Part shown: piece after piece, positions 1 to 10,962 of the stretch
Layout: the number at the start of each line of letters is the position of its first letter
Numbering within the stretch: position 1 is the stretch's first letter
DNA from: Nostoc sp. DedSLP01
GTDB taxonomy: Bacteria > Cyanobacteriota > Cyanobacteriia > Cyanobacteriales > Nostocaceae
Assembly (NCBI GenBank): GCA_034530875.2
Contig: JAVRCJ020000004.1
Coordinates: 32,001 to 96,000, forward strand
Length of the DNA: 64,000 nt
Direction of reading: 5' to 3'
Made by a program: the position numbers and the translations under genes
Notes under the pieces: generated by a model
Database searches by the model: none
What the model saw: only the letters and a program-made list of their open reading frames with translations
Told to the model about the DNA's origin: nothing

Positions 1-78
1 CCCCTAATCCCCACTTCGTGGGGGCCCCGAGTTCCCCATTCCCTACTCCCTATTTTCAAGGCAGGTCTATTGCATTTG

Positions 79-100
79 CCCGGTAAAGCCGGGTTTTTTG
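79..100 (+). terminator. Probable intrinsic terminator upstream of wecB
   Basis: CCCGG-TAAAG-CCGGG hairpin followed by a T6 tract. Confidence 0.5.
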
Positions 101-215
101 ATGTTTCATTTGATTTGTCCTTAAATATTTGTGGTTTGTGTGATGATTGTCTGTTGACCCTTGACTATTGGCCATAGACCATTGACTATAGCGATCGACA
201 AACTACAACCGACAA

Positions 216-1328
216 ATGACTAATAAAAAGCAAGTTTGCATTATTTTAGGTACTCGTCCGGAAGCGATTAAACTAGCTCCGGTGATTCAAGTTTTCCAAA
301 ACTGTCCAGATTTTGAGACGCAAGTAATTTTAACCGGACAACATCGAGAGATGGTTGAGCAAGTCATGCAACTGTTTAATATCAAGGCAGATTATGACTT
401 GGAAATTATGCAGACGAAGCAATCTTTAAGTGACATAACCTGTCGTAGTTTACAAGGGTTGGAGAAATTATTTCAGCACAAAAAGCCAGATTTAGTTGTG
501 GTGCAAGGAGACACTACCACTGCTTTTGCAGCGGCTTTGGCAGCTTTTTATCAAAAAATTCCTGTTGGTCACGTAGAAGCAGGGTTAAGAACTGATGATA
601 TATTCAATCCTTACCCAGAAGAAGCTAATCGGCGGTTGATTTCTCAAATTACTCAGTTGCACTTTGCGCCAACTCCTTGGGCTGTAGAAAATTTACAGCG
701 TTCTGGTGTTTTGGGTGAAATTCACTTGACTGGCAACACGGTAATTGATGCATTGTTGAATGTTGCTGCAACCCAAGTCAGCTGCAATATACCAGGTTTA
801 GACTGGAATGGATATCGCGTTTTGTTAGCAACGGTGCATCGTAGGGAGAATTGGGGAGAACCACTCGAATCGATCGCGGCTGGGTTTTTACAAATCTTAG
901 ATAAGTTTCCCGATACGGCTTTGCTGTTACCATTACACCGCAATCCTACAGTGCGAGTGCCATTACAAGAATTTTTAGGAAATCATCCGCGAATTTTCTT
1001 AACAGAACCTCTGGATTATGGGGAACTGGTGGGAGCAATTGGGCGATCGCATCTTTTGCTTACTGACTCCGGTGGTTTGCAAGAAGAAGCCCCCAGTTTA
1101 GGAAAACCAGTATTAGTTTTGAGAGACACCACCGAAAGACCAGAGGCTGTAACAGCTGGTACTGCAAAACTTGTGGGAACTGAAACTCAAAATATTTTTG
1201 CAGCTGCTAGCGAATTACTCAGCGACCAAGCTGCTTATGAAGCAATGGCAAATGCTATTAATCCCTTTGGAGATGGCCATGCAGCAGAACGGATTTTACA
1301 GATCGTGCAAAAGTACTTGGGTATTTGA
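216..1328 (+). CDS. wecB: UDP-N-acetylglucosamine 2-epimerase (non-hydrolysing)
   Basis: GTRPEAIK, TGQHREM, HVEAGLR, PEEANR and DSGGLQEEAP motifs; 370 aa. Confidence 0.95.
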   Translation: MTNKKQVCIILGTRPEAIKLAPVIQVFQNCPDFETQVILTGQHREMVEQVMQLFNIKADYDLEIMQTKQSLSDITCRSLQGLEKLFQHKKPDLVVVQGDTTTAFAAALAAFYQKIPVGHVEAGLRTDDIFNPYPEEANRRLISQITQLHFAPTPWAVENLQRSGVLGEIHLTGNTVIDALLNVAATQVSCNIPGLDWNGYRVLLATVHRRENWGEPLESIAAGFLQILDKFPDTALLLPLHRNPTVRVPLQEFLGNHPRIFLTEPLDYGELVGAIGRSHLLLTDSGGLQEEAPSLGKPVLVLRDTTERPEAVTAGTAKLVGTETQNIFAAASELLSDQAAYEAMANAINPFGDGHAAERILQIVQKYLGI

Positions 1329-1704
1329 TTAGCAGTATCAACACTAGCAATCTAAATTAAACATAAATCCCAACTTTTCGTTTATGAACAAAAATTCAGA
1401 ACTCACGAACAAAGCTAACGAGTTCGTGAGCATTTGAATATTGGTTTAAAACCTTGCCCCATATAGGTGCAAAAAATTTTATAGCAATTTGTAATCAGAT
1501 ACAGGGTGCATAGCTGCAACACAGCATAATTCATAAGTCAGAAGGGGAGCAACGAAAGCTCCGCCTTGCTGACTAAGTTGAAATTAAATTTTTTGACCCA
1601 CGGAGGTGGGTTTTTGTTTGTCTAGACGCGGGGAAAAGGGAAAAAGTTTGAAATTGCCCTTTTGCCTTTCCCCTTTAACCGAACCGTATTGCCTACAACA
1701 CGAT

Positions 1705-2919
1705 CTATTTCCGTGAAAATTGCTGTAATATCCATTCAGAATTGAAGATAGCCCGGTAGATAGGATTTTTAATTCTCAGATAGCCTTGACGTTTCTCAAC
1801 TAATCCGGATAATAAAAGTTCTGTGTGTTCTGGACTATCATCATTAGGTATTAAGTATTGGATATTGGAAGAAGCGGCACAGCGTAAAGAGTAACTGCGA
1901 TTTACATTCTGCTCCTCTATTTCCTCTGTTTGTAATATCTGCTGATAAAGATTTAGCAAACGTCCTGCTTGTTGCTGGTTGAAAAAAAGTAAGCGATCGC
2001 GAATGGTACGGAGGTGTTGCGGTTCGTCTTGTGATTCCCAGTCTTGAATAATATGCGATCGCACCAATTGTTTTAACCAAGCAGCTTCTGTATTGGGAGA
2101 TAAATCAATTTTCCCTGTTGATGTCTTTAAAGCAGTTTGTACAACTAACTGACAGAGTTTTTGGGTTAGGAAGGGTTGCCCACCACTCCAATAAATAATC
2201 TCTTTTAGCACCGCTTCTGGTTGACTAATTACTATTTTTAAACCTTCTAATAATGGTTGAGCTTCATTTAATCCAAAACCGGATAATTCTATTGCCGTAC
2301 CAATGTTAAAAGGCGTTTGGTGTTTGTCTACAATTAAATATGATGGACTAGTTACCCCAAATAATGCAAATCCCACACCTGGAAAATTTGAATCGCATGT
2401 TTTTTGATTGTGGCAATCGCAAATCCAGGCAAAAAAGTCAGTGAGAGGAAACTTCAAACTCAGCAAGCTATCAATTTCATCAATGAAGATAAAAATGCGT
2501 TTAGCTTGACCTTCTCTTCCACCATTGCTTTGAACATTTGGTAGTAACAATTCCTCCACAAATTTATATAGTTTTTGCACAGGAGAAAGACTTGCTTGCA
2601 TCTTCCACCAATGGTTAAAGTTAACTTGTTCTACCAAATTTAAAGCGTATAACAAACTGATAATAATACTTTTATACCATTGCGCTACTGTAATATCTTC
2701 ACTAATTAATTGCGTGGCATCTAAATACACACATTTGTAACCTTCTTTTCTCAGGCGATGGCTTATTCGTTGTAATAATGACGATTTACCCATTTGCCGA
2801 GAACTGAAGACGTAACAAAAATTACGAGCTTTTAAATTAGTATAAAGTTTATTGTCTGCCTGACGAACAATATATGTGGGATCGTCAGTATGGAGACTAC
2901 CGCCAACTTGGTATCTCAT
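1705..2919 (-). CDS. AAA-like (AAA_35, STAND-type) NTPase with no C-terminal effector domain
   Basis: YQVGGSL...YIVRQAD start, Walker A-like SSRQMGKSS, Walker B IFIDEID, TPFNIG, GGQPFLTQKLC, QDEPQHLRTIRDRLL. Confidence 0.85.
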   Translation of the reverse strand: MRYQVGGSLHTDDPTYIVRQADNKLYTNLKARNFCYVFSSRQMGKSSLLQRISHRLRKEGYKCVYLDATQLISEDITVAQWYKSIIISLLYALNLVEQVNFNHWWKMQASLSPVQKLYKFVEELLLPNVQSNGGREGQAKRIFIFIDEIDSLLSLKFPLTDFFAWICDCHNQKTCDSNFPGVGFALFGVTSPSYLIVDKHQTPFNIGTAIELSGFGLNEAQPLLEGLKIVISQPEAVLKEIIYWSGGQPFLTQKLCQLVVQTALKTSTGKIDLSPNTEAAWLKQLVRSHIIQDWESQDEPQHLRTIRDRLLFFNQQQAGRLLNLYQQILQTEEIEEQNVNRSYSLRCAASSNIQYLIPNDDSPEHTELLLSGLVEKRQGYLRIKNPIYRAIFNSEWILQQFSRK

Positions 2920-3780
2920 TTGAGGAAAACCTATAATAGATAATTTAATTTCAGGAAACTAGGGATCGAAAATGAGGGAGATGCAAATGTAAGAATTCAG
3001 CACCCAAAAGTCAGAAGTCAGAATGGGTATGAAATTTAATATGATTGGCAATTTATCTATTAAGTAAGCGAACATAATTAAATCTAAAATTCAAAGCAGC
3101 AAAACCTTTTACTGTTGAGGATTTTACCTCCTGCCTCCTGCCTTCTACTTATATATTTTACAGAAATCTCCAATTTAATAACGCAAGTTTTTTAGAAAAT
3201 TTCTTTATTAATATCCAAATTCAACAAAATTATTCATTTATTTTTCATAGCGTTCTTCCATAATTCGTGAAATTTATTATTAAGATAGGTTACAGGAAAT
3301 AAAATTACATATCTACTGTGATTTTTTACAAATAATTTAGGACTGCTATCTTTTGGTCTTTAACAATAATTCAGAAGCTGTGGGTCAGAAAGATAACTAG
3401 AATTGTCTGCTGCTGGTAAATATAGCTTAGTGTGACTTCAGAAGATAAGCGGTGAAAAGTGACAGCTTTAATATTATATAATTACCAATTTTTAGATTAA
3501 CTGTCTTGTCAATTATTTTTTAAGTGTCCGATTTGGGATTGCCTTTTATCGATAATGATGAGAATATACAAACTGAATAATTTCAAATTCTCCATCAATA
3601 ATCCAAATTAAATAAACTTTTTTGGTAAGAAATAACCTCCTTATTAAGGCAATAGGTAAAAGCTTGCTAATCTTGATTTATTGACATAATTTTTATTAAC
3701 TGTAGCCTAGTTAAAAAAAGAAGTTTCAAAAATAAACCAATCATAGTTAAATTTGCTGTTTTTTAGTAAGAGTAAACATC

Positions 3781-4158
3781 ATGGCTTCATTCAACCAAAA
3801 ATTGGCTCAAGTATTAGCTCAAGGAAAAGGTATTCAACTTTCTGGAAGCCCGATTAAAACGGAAAACTTTTTGATTCAAAAAACCCTAAAAGATGGGGGT
3901 AAAATTCGATTTAAAATTCGTTATTCTGCCGAACTAAAGAGTTTCTGTTTGCTAGAAGTGTTTTTAATGAGAGCGAACGCTGAAACACCAACTTCTACCA
4001 TGAGTATTCCTAATAGTGGCTCTACAGGTCAAGTTCAAGAGCAGGAACAAGAATTTAGTATTTGGGAACCCGGAAATTATTACTTCTTTTTTAAAATGTC
4101 TTCTAACAATGGTCAATTTTTAATTGAGGAATATCAGCTTTATTGGTTAGCAAGTTAA
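3781..4158 (+). CDS. Hypothetical protein (125 aa, beta-rich)
   Basis: Clean ATG ORF in an AT-rich region with an AAGAG-like RBS; no family recognised. Confidence 0.65.
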   Translation: MASFNQKLAQVLAQGKGIQLSGSPIKTENFLIQKTLKDGGKIRFKIRYSAELKSFCLLEVFLMRANAETPTSTMSIPNSGSTGQVQEQEQEFSIWEPGNYYFFFKMSSNNGQFLIEEYQLYWLAS

Positions 4159-4485
4159 TTTGCGATCGCTACTAATTATCAAATTAGCAATACCAAATTT
4201 ATAATCTGGTTTAACTAGTCTAACACAACTGAAAATATTAATCCTACCTTTGCTAAAAAATTCAATTTGGAATTCCTCTTACACCGAACAAAACTGCTTA
4301 ACCATTAGTTGACTCTAATTAACAATAAACTCTCCTTTTTTGACTAGAAAAATATCAAAATAACGCCAGAAGGCCAACTAAAATAACAAAAGATTTCTTT
4401 TTTGACAAATAGCTAAAAAGCTTACTGAAAGAAACTTGTTTCTTTTGACTTTGACCTTCTGGATGATTAAGAGTTTTCAAGGTGA

Positions 4486-5907
4486 TTATTTAAGGATTGT
4501 AGACAGTTGTTTTTGAAAGTAAATGCGGTAAAGTTCGCAACGGGATAAAATGCGATCGCTTTCATAGCGAATCAACCCCAAGCTTTCAAGCTTGTGAGCA
4601 TCAATGGGATTGATAGAAACGCTTTGCTTTTTAAGCACAATTTCAAAATATGCCTTTGCTAAATTGGGATTTTCTTGCAAGATTGCCCAGTGTCGCCATA
4701 AATGATGGCGGTATATACCACCATTAGCCATCGCTTCCTTGACCAAATTTTCTAAGGCGATTCTTTGACAGGATAGATGATAAAGTCCAATCCGAATCAG
4801 TGCTGGATGTCCCCCCACCAACGACATAAGTTGGCGAACTTCTTCACTAGAAGACCAGTTTAGCCCGTGTCGGCGGGCTAGGTATTTTACTTGTTCCTTG
4901 GTAAATTCGCCCAGACGGATAGGTAGACCTATATTCAAAGGTGAGTGGTTGATATCCTCGTATACATAGACTTCTGTGGAGTAAGCTACCACTAGCCTCA
5001 GCTTCTGCAAGTTGGTATTTTGTCGTGCTGCTTCATACCAAGAACGCAAGCAAGCAAAAAACTCCTGAGCAATTTCAGGATGTTCAAATAATGTGTCAAT
5101 CTCGTTTAATACAAAAACTACTGGACTTTCGACCTGCTGAAGTAAATAGGATTGTAAGTATAAAGTGCAACTCAATTTACAGCCTATTTCCTCATCCCAC
5201 TTATTATCCAGCTTTGGGTCAATGCCTAATTCTGTTGCAAGCCGCCAGCAAATACAACGCAAAAGCTTGTTTAAGTCTGTCAGACAGCTTGCATCTATTT
5301 GGTTAAAATTCAGGTTAACCGTGCGATAACCTTGCGTCTGGGCAAAAGTTAACAATCGCAGCACTAGAGAACTTTTACCCATCTCTTTTGGCGCTCTAAT
5401 CCAAATCGCAGAGCCTGGTTGAGTGACTTCTCGATAAACTAGTTCCTCAATCGGAGGCCGATCTATATAAAAGGGTGAATCCAAAGGTACAGGCCCGTCT
5501 GGGTATGACCAGAGATTTTCGAGTTGCTGCCAGTTTTTGGTAACAAATGAGTCTAAATATAAAGGCTCAAAGAAATTTATTTCTTTTGTATTTAAGCTCA
5601 GTGGCAGACTTTTAAAACCTTCAGTCTCATTCGGTTCGCTGAGAATCGCATAGTCTTCACTGCGTAATTCGAGGTTAAAGGCGCTAAAGCATAATTTTAG
5701 GGTTTTTTGATCCACACCTGTATTCAACGACCATAATCGGCTGAGAGTTTTGGTTGAAACATTCATGCGAACCCGTAGATCTTTGAGAGTAAAGCGATCG
5801 CCTCTGTTTTGTACCTTTTCTACAGCTAAAATCGCCGCTTGTAACCGCTGTAACCCAGTAGGAGTTAGCACAAGTCCTCGCTTTCGCGTGCCCTTCAACT
5901 GTTTCAT
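4486..5907 (-). CDS. N-terminal HTH plus AAA_35 (STAND-type) NTPase
   Basis: RKRGLVLTPTGLQRL / KTLSRL..VDQKTLKLCF Xre-like N-terminus; PDGPVPLDSPFYIDRP, APKEMGKSS, SPLNIG, VGGHPAL. Confidence 0.85.
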   Translation of the reverse strand: MKQLKGTRKRGLVLTPTGLQRLQAAILAVEKVQNRGDRFTLKDLRVRMNVSTKTLSRLWSLNTGVDQKTLKLCFSAFNLELRSEDYAILSEPNETEGFKSLPLSLNTKEINFFEPLYLDSFVTKNWQQLENLWSYPDGPVPLDSPFYIDRPPIEELVYREVTQPGSAIWIRAPKEMGKSSLVLRLLTFAQTQGYRTVNLNFNQIDASCLTDLNKLLRCICWRLATELGIDPKLDNKWDEEIGCKLSCTLYLQSYLLQQVESPVVFVLNEIDTLFEHPEIAQEFFACLRSWYEAARQNTNLQKLRLVVAYSTEVYVYEDINHSPLNIGLPIRLGEFTKEQVKYLARRHGLNWSSSEEVRQLMSLVGGHPALIRIGLYHLSCQRIALENLVKEAMANGGIYRHHLWRHWAILQENPNLAKAYFEIVLKKQSVSINPIDAHKLESLGLIRYESDRILSRCELYRIYFQKQLSTILK

Positions 5908-6175
5908 ACCGCTAATTATTAGTTAACTGCCTTGCGTGTGTCTTTATTCTTTCATGTTTTTAGCCGCTTATTCAACTGTTATTTGAATGTTAATTTTTAT
6001 AAGTTTTTATGTATTAAAAACTACTTATTTTTTATGGATGCTGTTAAGTAAGTGGGTATAAATAAACATAACTATTAATTAGATTTATCGGAATTTATTA
6101 TCCCCTATAGATACTCTTCTCTATGTCGATTTTTATAATCTCTCAAAAAACTAATGCGATAAGCTCCTCATTTCT

Positions 6176-6343
6176 TAGAGGTTGTTTGAAAAGTGGTTGG
6201 CTGTAATTTTAGGCGTTTCTAGATCCCCCCTAACCCCCCTTAAAAAGGGGGGAACCAAAATCAAAGTCCCTCTTTTTAAGAGGGATTTAGGGAGATCTAG
6301 AGTGTTTGGCTACCAACAATAGGGCTTTTCAAACATCTTCTTA
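6176..6343. mobile_element. MITE-like element carrying an internal REP-like palindrome pair
   Basis: Imperfect terminal IRs AGAGGTTGTTTGAAAAG / CTTTTCAAACATCTTCT; the internal GATCCCCCCTAACCCCC..AAAAGGGGGG motif also occurs at ~62145-62218. Confidence 0.6.
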
Positions 6344-6808
6344 GAGAGATATCAAAGCTCAAAGCCTCTCGTTTTTATCAGAAATGCTTTTATAAAAAGT
6401 GTAATAATCAACATATATTTTTATGTAGTAAGCGTAAAAAATGCGCTATTCTACTATATTAGCTACTGATGCTCGTTTTAAAAAGTATTTTTTGTAACAT
6501 TTAAAAATAAATAGCGTCTGAATATAAATAAGTTTTTTTATCTTCAATGTCCGAGCTTATTATTTCAAGTTATTTAATAATTTATTTAGTATCGATCTAA
6601 ATTTTATAGTGCAGATGTATTGAAAAAATCTAGAAAAGCGTACAGCAGATCTAAGCTTTTACTTACTTTTGTACTGGGCGCTATCTCTTACTGACATCTC
6701 AGCTATAAATGTAACAAACAATAGGGGCACAGCAATGCTATGCCCCTACAAAAAGATTGTATTGTATCGAACTTAAGTACTGTAAGTACAGCAGCTTTTA
6801 CACGTGAT

Positions 6809-7204
6809 TTAGCGTTGAACTTTTCCAGAGAGATTCTTGCCAGCTTGGGCTGCACTATCACCTACATCACTAGCAGTATTCTTAGCGCCTTCTACATACC
6901 CAGACCCAAATTGTTTAAACGCTTCTGCTGACTCTTGTCCAATTTTCTTAAGTCTTTCGCCAGGAGCGCCTTCGGTTTCACGAGCTTCTCGATTCCACTG
7001 GCCTGTGGTTTTCGGTCTGCGAGCATCATCTTGCTGTACCTGTTGACGAACTCTCTCACCTAAGTTTTGGTTATTGTTCCCAGAAGTAACATTTGTCGTC
7101 AGGACTAGAAAGCCAACTAAAACCACAGCGAAAAAACGCTTTACCTGAAGTCCTTTAAGCGCAGAACTAATATGAGCGATCGCGTTAGAAATCAAATTTG
7201 TCAT
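6809..7204 (-). CDS. Conserved cyanobacterial hypothetical protein (N-terminal hydrophobic segment, LEA-like tail)
   Basis: FFAVVLVGFLVL segment, RPKTTGQW motif, hydrophilic helical C-terminus. Confidence 0.75.
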   Translation of the reverse strand: MTNLISNAIAHISSALKGLQVKRFFAVVLVGFLVLTTNVTSGNNNQNLGERVRQQVQQDDARRPKTTGQWNREARETEGAPGERLKKIGQESAEAFKQFGSGYVEGAKNTASDVGDSAAQAGKNLSGKVQR

Positions 7205-7753
7205 GGTAATTAGGTTGTTTTTTTCAGTACAGATAAAGATTAGCTATAAATCAAAAATTATCCTTCTAACAAAAGGCATAACTCAATTCGGAGAAATCAA
7301 AGCTTTTTCAATCCTGAGTATGAGGAGATTTACCAAATAATAGAGTTTCTTTTGATTAAAGAATATATGGACTAACTAAAAAAAGGCAATTATAGCAATT
7401 TTATTTAAACCACAAGGGTAAAATCCCTGACTTCTGCAAACAGTCAGACATGTCGTCCCTGAGAAATTATTTAAGTAGCGCTTTCTGCTCAAATGAACAA
7501 GAACATTTATTAGTGATTCTCCAAACAAAATCTTGAGTTTTTGTTTGCACTCTAACTTTTCTTACAACTTCTACAAAATATTCAAAAAGCTTCCTAAGTC
7601 AAGAATCTACTACAAAAGAAGGTTTGAGAGCAGTTTTTTTTACCATTTCATAAGGTGACAATGAGTCAAATTAGGAACAATACCTTGGAAATAGCTTGAT
7701 TTTACCAGTTAAACCACCTTTTTGTTACTGATGCTTGAGATTCCTGACCATGC

Positions 7754-7797
7754 CAAATGTAGCACCCAATACAATTTGAGTGCTACATTTGTTTTTT
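7754..7797 (+). terminator. Strong hairpin plus T tract in an intergenic region
   Basis: CAAATGTAGCAC...GTGCTACATTTG 12-bp stem followed by TTTTTT. Confidence 0.5.
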
Positions 7798-8015
7798 AAT
7801 ACAAGATATAGTTTAAAAAAACATACGTCTTTAGATATAAAAATTTTGTATCTAAAGGAATAGATGTTTATGTCTAATTAATTTCTTCTTGAAAATGCAT
7901 AGTTCTGGAAGAGTTACTAATAGCAGCTAAAAATCGCACTACTTTTAGTCTGCCAGGATATCGAGCAACATTTTTCTTCTCAAAACAATAATTGGTTCGG
8001 GTGGAAAGCTAAAGG

Positions 8016-10784
8016 ATGAAATACTGGATCGCTAAATTAATAATCTTTATAGTTTTACTGTACAACTTGTTAGTAGTGACGGATTACGCAGCAGCTAACG
8101 AACTGGAAAATATTGATGTTGAGTCATTAGATACACTTCCAGTAATTGAAAATTTAGCGAGTGCTGACAATAATTTTAGTAACAGTAAAAAAGAAGATTT
8201 TTGGCGATTTAACGAAATAGTAAAAAACTCCAGAAAACGAGAAGGGCTTTTCGCGCTTTATTCTAATGATGACTCAGGGAAAATATACTTAGAAATTAAG
8301 CCAGAGCAACTCAACAAAAATTATTTAGCTTCCATTACATTAGAATCAGGCGTTGGTCAAAATGGGATTTATAGTGGTTCGCCTCTTGGTGATTTTTTAT
8401 TTTATTTTCGGCCGATTAACAATAAATTGCATTTTGTAGTGCGGAATGTAAAATTCCGTACAGAAAGTAAAGCAGAACAGCGATCGCTGGCTCGTTCGTT
8501 TAGCGACTCAGTTCTTTATTCACTCGAAATCGATAGCATTCATCCGTTCAACAAAAATATTTTGATTGACCTGGATGCCTTGCTAATGCAGGATTTTCCC
8601 GGATTAACCCCTTTATTAAAATACTATTTGCAGGCTGATTATCACTTAGATCCGAGCAAGTCTTATTTTGGTGATGTTAACAGCTTCCCCGAAAACATAG
8701 AAATTGATTCGATTTATGGCTTTTCCTCACCAGAAGGAGCAGATTTAGTCACCGTACCTGATAGTAGAGCGCTCAGTCTCAAGGTACATTACAGTTTTTC
8801 TCAACTCAGGGAAAACAACGGTTATGTTCCTAGACTTGCCGATGACAGAGTGGGATATTTTATTACTGCTTTTCAAGATTTTTCTAACAATAATTTTGAA
8901 GAAGAATTTGTACGTTACATCAATCGTTGGCATTTAGAACCATCAGATCCTAACGCAACTTTATCTCCACCGAAAAAACCAATTGTATTTTGGATTGAAA
9001 ATGCCGTGCCAGTAGAGTATCGGCAGGCAATTCGTGAAGGCGTCTTGATGTGGAACAAAGCCTTTGAAAAAGCCGGATTCCAAAATGCCATCGAAGTACA
9101 CCAAATGCCAGATGATGCTGATTGGCATCCAGCAGACGTGCGCTACAACACTATCCGCTGGTTTAATTCTTTGGATGCAGGTTTTGCCAAAGGCCCGACT
9201 CGCGTTAACCCACTCACCGGGGAAATATTAGATGCAGATATTATCGTAGATGCAAGTATGGTGCGTTCGATTCGGCAAACATACCACACCTACGTAGAAT
9301 CAAACAACAAGGGATTTGGGAATAGAAATATTTCTTTAGTGTCTGAATGCAAAGATGGGGAGTGGGGAAAAAAGGTAAAGGGTAATGGTTTCGATCCCAA
9401 TAATTTTAATTCTCAAGTGCTGAGTTCTAACGGAAATATCGATATTTGCTATGGAAAGGGATTTGTAAATCAGGCAAATATGGGGGTGCTGGCGTTGTCA
9501 ATTTTGCAAAACGCTGCACCGAATAGCGAAATTATACAAGAATACGTGCATCAATATTTGCGTTCTCTCATCGCTCATGAAGTCGGGCATACTCTGGGTT
9601 TGCGCCACAACTTTCATGGCAGCACTATGTTATCACCTCAAGAGTTAAATAACACTGAAATTACTCACACTAAAGGTTTAGTCAGTTCGGTGATGGACTA
9701 TCTACCTGTGAATCTAGCACCACAGGGACTAGAGCAAGGTGACTATTTTCCAGAGATTGTCGGCCCTTACGATGAATGGGCAATTGAGTATGGTTATAAA
9801 ATAAATCCATCCGCAGAAATTGAAGCAACGATTCCAGAAGCAGAAAAAAGTTTTTTGGAAAAGATTGCTTTGGCGGCACCTCAACCAGAATTATCCTATG
9901 CAACAGATGAAGATATCTCAGACATCAATCCTTTAGCCAATGTTTGGGATATGAGTAATGACGTGCTAGTTTATTCCCAATGGCAGATGGATAATGCCCG
10001 CGTCATGTGGCAACGTCTTGAAAATAGTTATTTATCACCAGGAGAAAGTTACAGTAACCTGCGTGTCTTATTCGATAGAGTACTTCGATATTATTTTAGT
10101 AACGCTCAATTACTTTCTCAGTATATTGCCGGGCAATCATTCCGGCGTCTTCATGTCGGCGATGATAATTCCTGGGCTTTTGTACCAGTTTCATTATTAA
10201 AACAACGTCAAGCATTGACGAAATTGCAAGAGTATGTTTTTGCTGAAAATGCTTTTAATTTCTCCCCACAATTGTTGAATCAGTTAGCACCATCGCGCTG
10301 GCAACATTGGGGGAGTTTGATACCAAACTATCGCCTTGATTATCCGATTCACGATCGCATTTTGAGTTTCCAAACTGCGATACTGCGATCGCTATTAGAT
10401 GGCGAACGTTTAAGTCGCTTACAAGATATAGAATTAAAAACCCAGCCTGGAGAAGCGCTGACCATTCCAGAATTGTTTGATATCCTGCAAACAAGTATTT
10501 GGAAAGAAGTTTTAGTTGCAGGAGAATTTAAGCCAATTTCTAGCATCCGGCGTTCATTGCAACAAGAATATTTGAATATTTTACTAGGGATGATGTTGCA
10601 TACTACAGATGCACCTGAAGATGGGAGAACGCTGGCTTGGTATGAATTGCGCCGGCTGCAAAAAGCAATCGATCTGACGCTAAAACAACTGAGTGAAAAC
10701 ATTGATGTTTACACCTTAGCTCACTTGGAAGTTTCTGGCGATCGCATTACAAAAGCATTAAATGCACAGTTAGTATCGAAGTAG
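8016..10784 (+). CDS. Secreted zinc-dependent metalloprotease (metzincin; DUF5117/DUF4953-type)
   Basis: Signal peptide, PRLADDRVGYF, HEVGHTLGLRH zinc motif, SVMDY Met-turn. Confidence 0.9.
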   Translation: MKYWIAKLIIFIVLLYNLLVVTDYAAANELENIDVESLDTLPVIENLASADNNFSNSKKEDFWRFNEIVKNSRKREGLFALYSNDDSGKIYLEIKPEQLNKNYLASITLESGVGQNGIYSGSPLGDFLFYFRPINNKLHFVVRNVKFRTESKAEQRSLARSFSDSVLYSLEIDSIHPFNKNILIDLDALLMQDFPGLTPLLKYYLQADYHLDPSKSYFGDVNSFPENIEIDSIYGFSSPEGADLVTVPDSRALSLKVHYSFSQLRENNGYVPRLADDRVGYFITAFQDFSNNNFEEEFVRYINRWHLEPSDPNATLSPPKKPIVFWIENAVPVEYRQAIREGVLMWNKAFEKAGFQNAIEVHQMPDDADWHPADVRYNTIRWFNSLDAGFAKGPTRVNPLTGEILDADIIVDASMVRSIRQTYHTYVESNNKGFGNRNISLVSECKDGEWGKKVKGNGFDPNNFNSQVLSSNGNIDICYGKGFVNQANMGVLALSILQNAAPNSEIIQEYVHQYLRSLIAHEVGHTLGLRHNFHGSTMLSPQELNNTEITHTKGLVSSVMDYLPVNLAPQGLEQGDYFPEIVGPYDEWAIEYGYKINPSAEIEATIPEAEKSFLEKIALAAPQPELSYATDEDISDINPLANVWDMSNDVLVYSQWQMDNARVMWQRLENSYLSPGESYSNLRVLFDRVLRYYFSNAQLLSQYIAGQSFRRLHVGDDNSWAFVPVSLLKQRQALTKLQEYVFAENAFNFSPQLLNQLAPSRWQHWGSLIPNYRLDYPIHDRILSFQTAILRSLLDGERLSRLQDIELKTQPGEALTIPELFDILQTSIWKEVLVAGEFKPISSIRRSLQQEYLNILLGMMLHTTDAPEDGRTLAWYELRRLQKAIDLTLKQLSENIDVYTLAHLEVSGDRITKALNAQLVSK

Positions 10785-10837
10785 TCATTAGTCATTGGTC
10801 ATTAGTCATTGGTCATGAGACTTGCCCCAATCATCAA

Positions 10838-10961
10838 TAGACCTCTTGCAAAAAGAGTTTTGTAAGAGGGGGCAAAGGGACGTATGTAAAAGGGAAAGGG
10901 TTTTTTCTTATCCCTTTCCCCTTTCTCCCTTACCCTTTTCCCGACTTCTGCAAGAAGTCTA
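10838..10961. mobile_element. MITE (family A, copy 1)
   Basis: TIRs TAGACCTCTTGCAAAA / TTCTGCAAGAAGTCTA; internal AAAGGG/CCCTTT tracts; related copies at 12651 and ~42911. Confidence 0.7.
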
Positions 10962-10962
10962 A

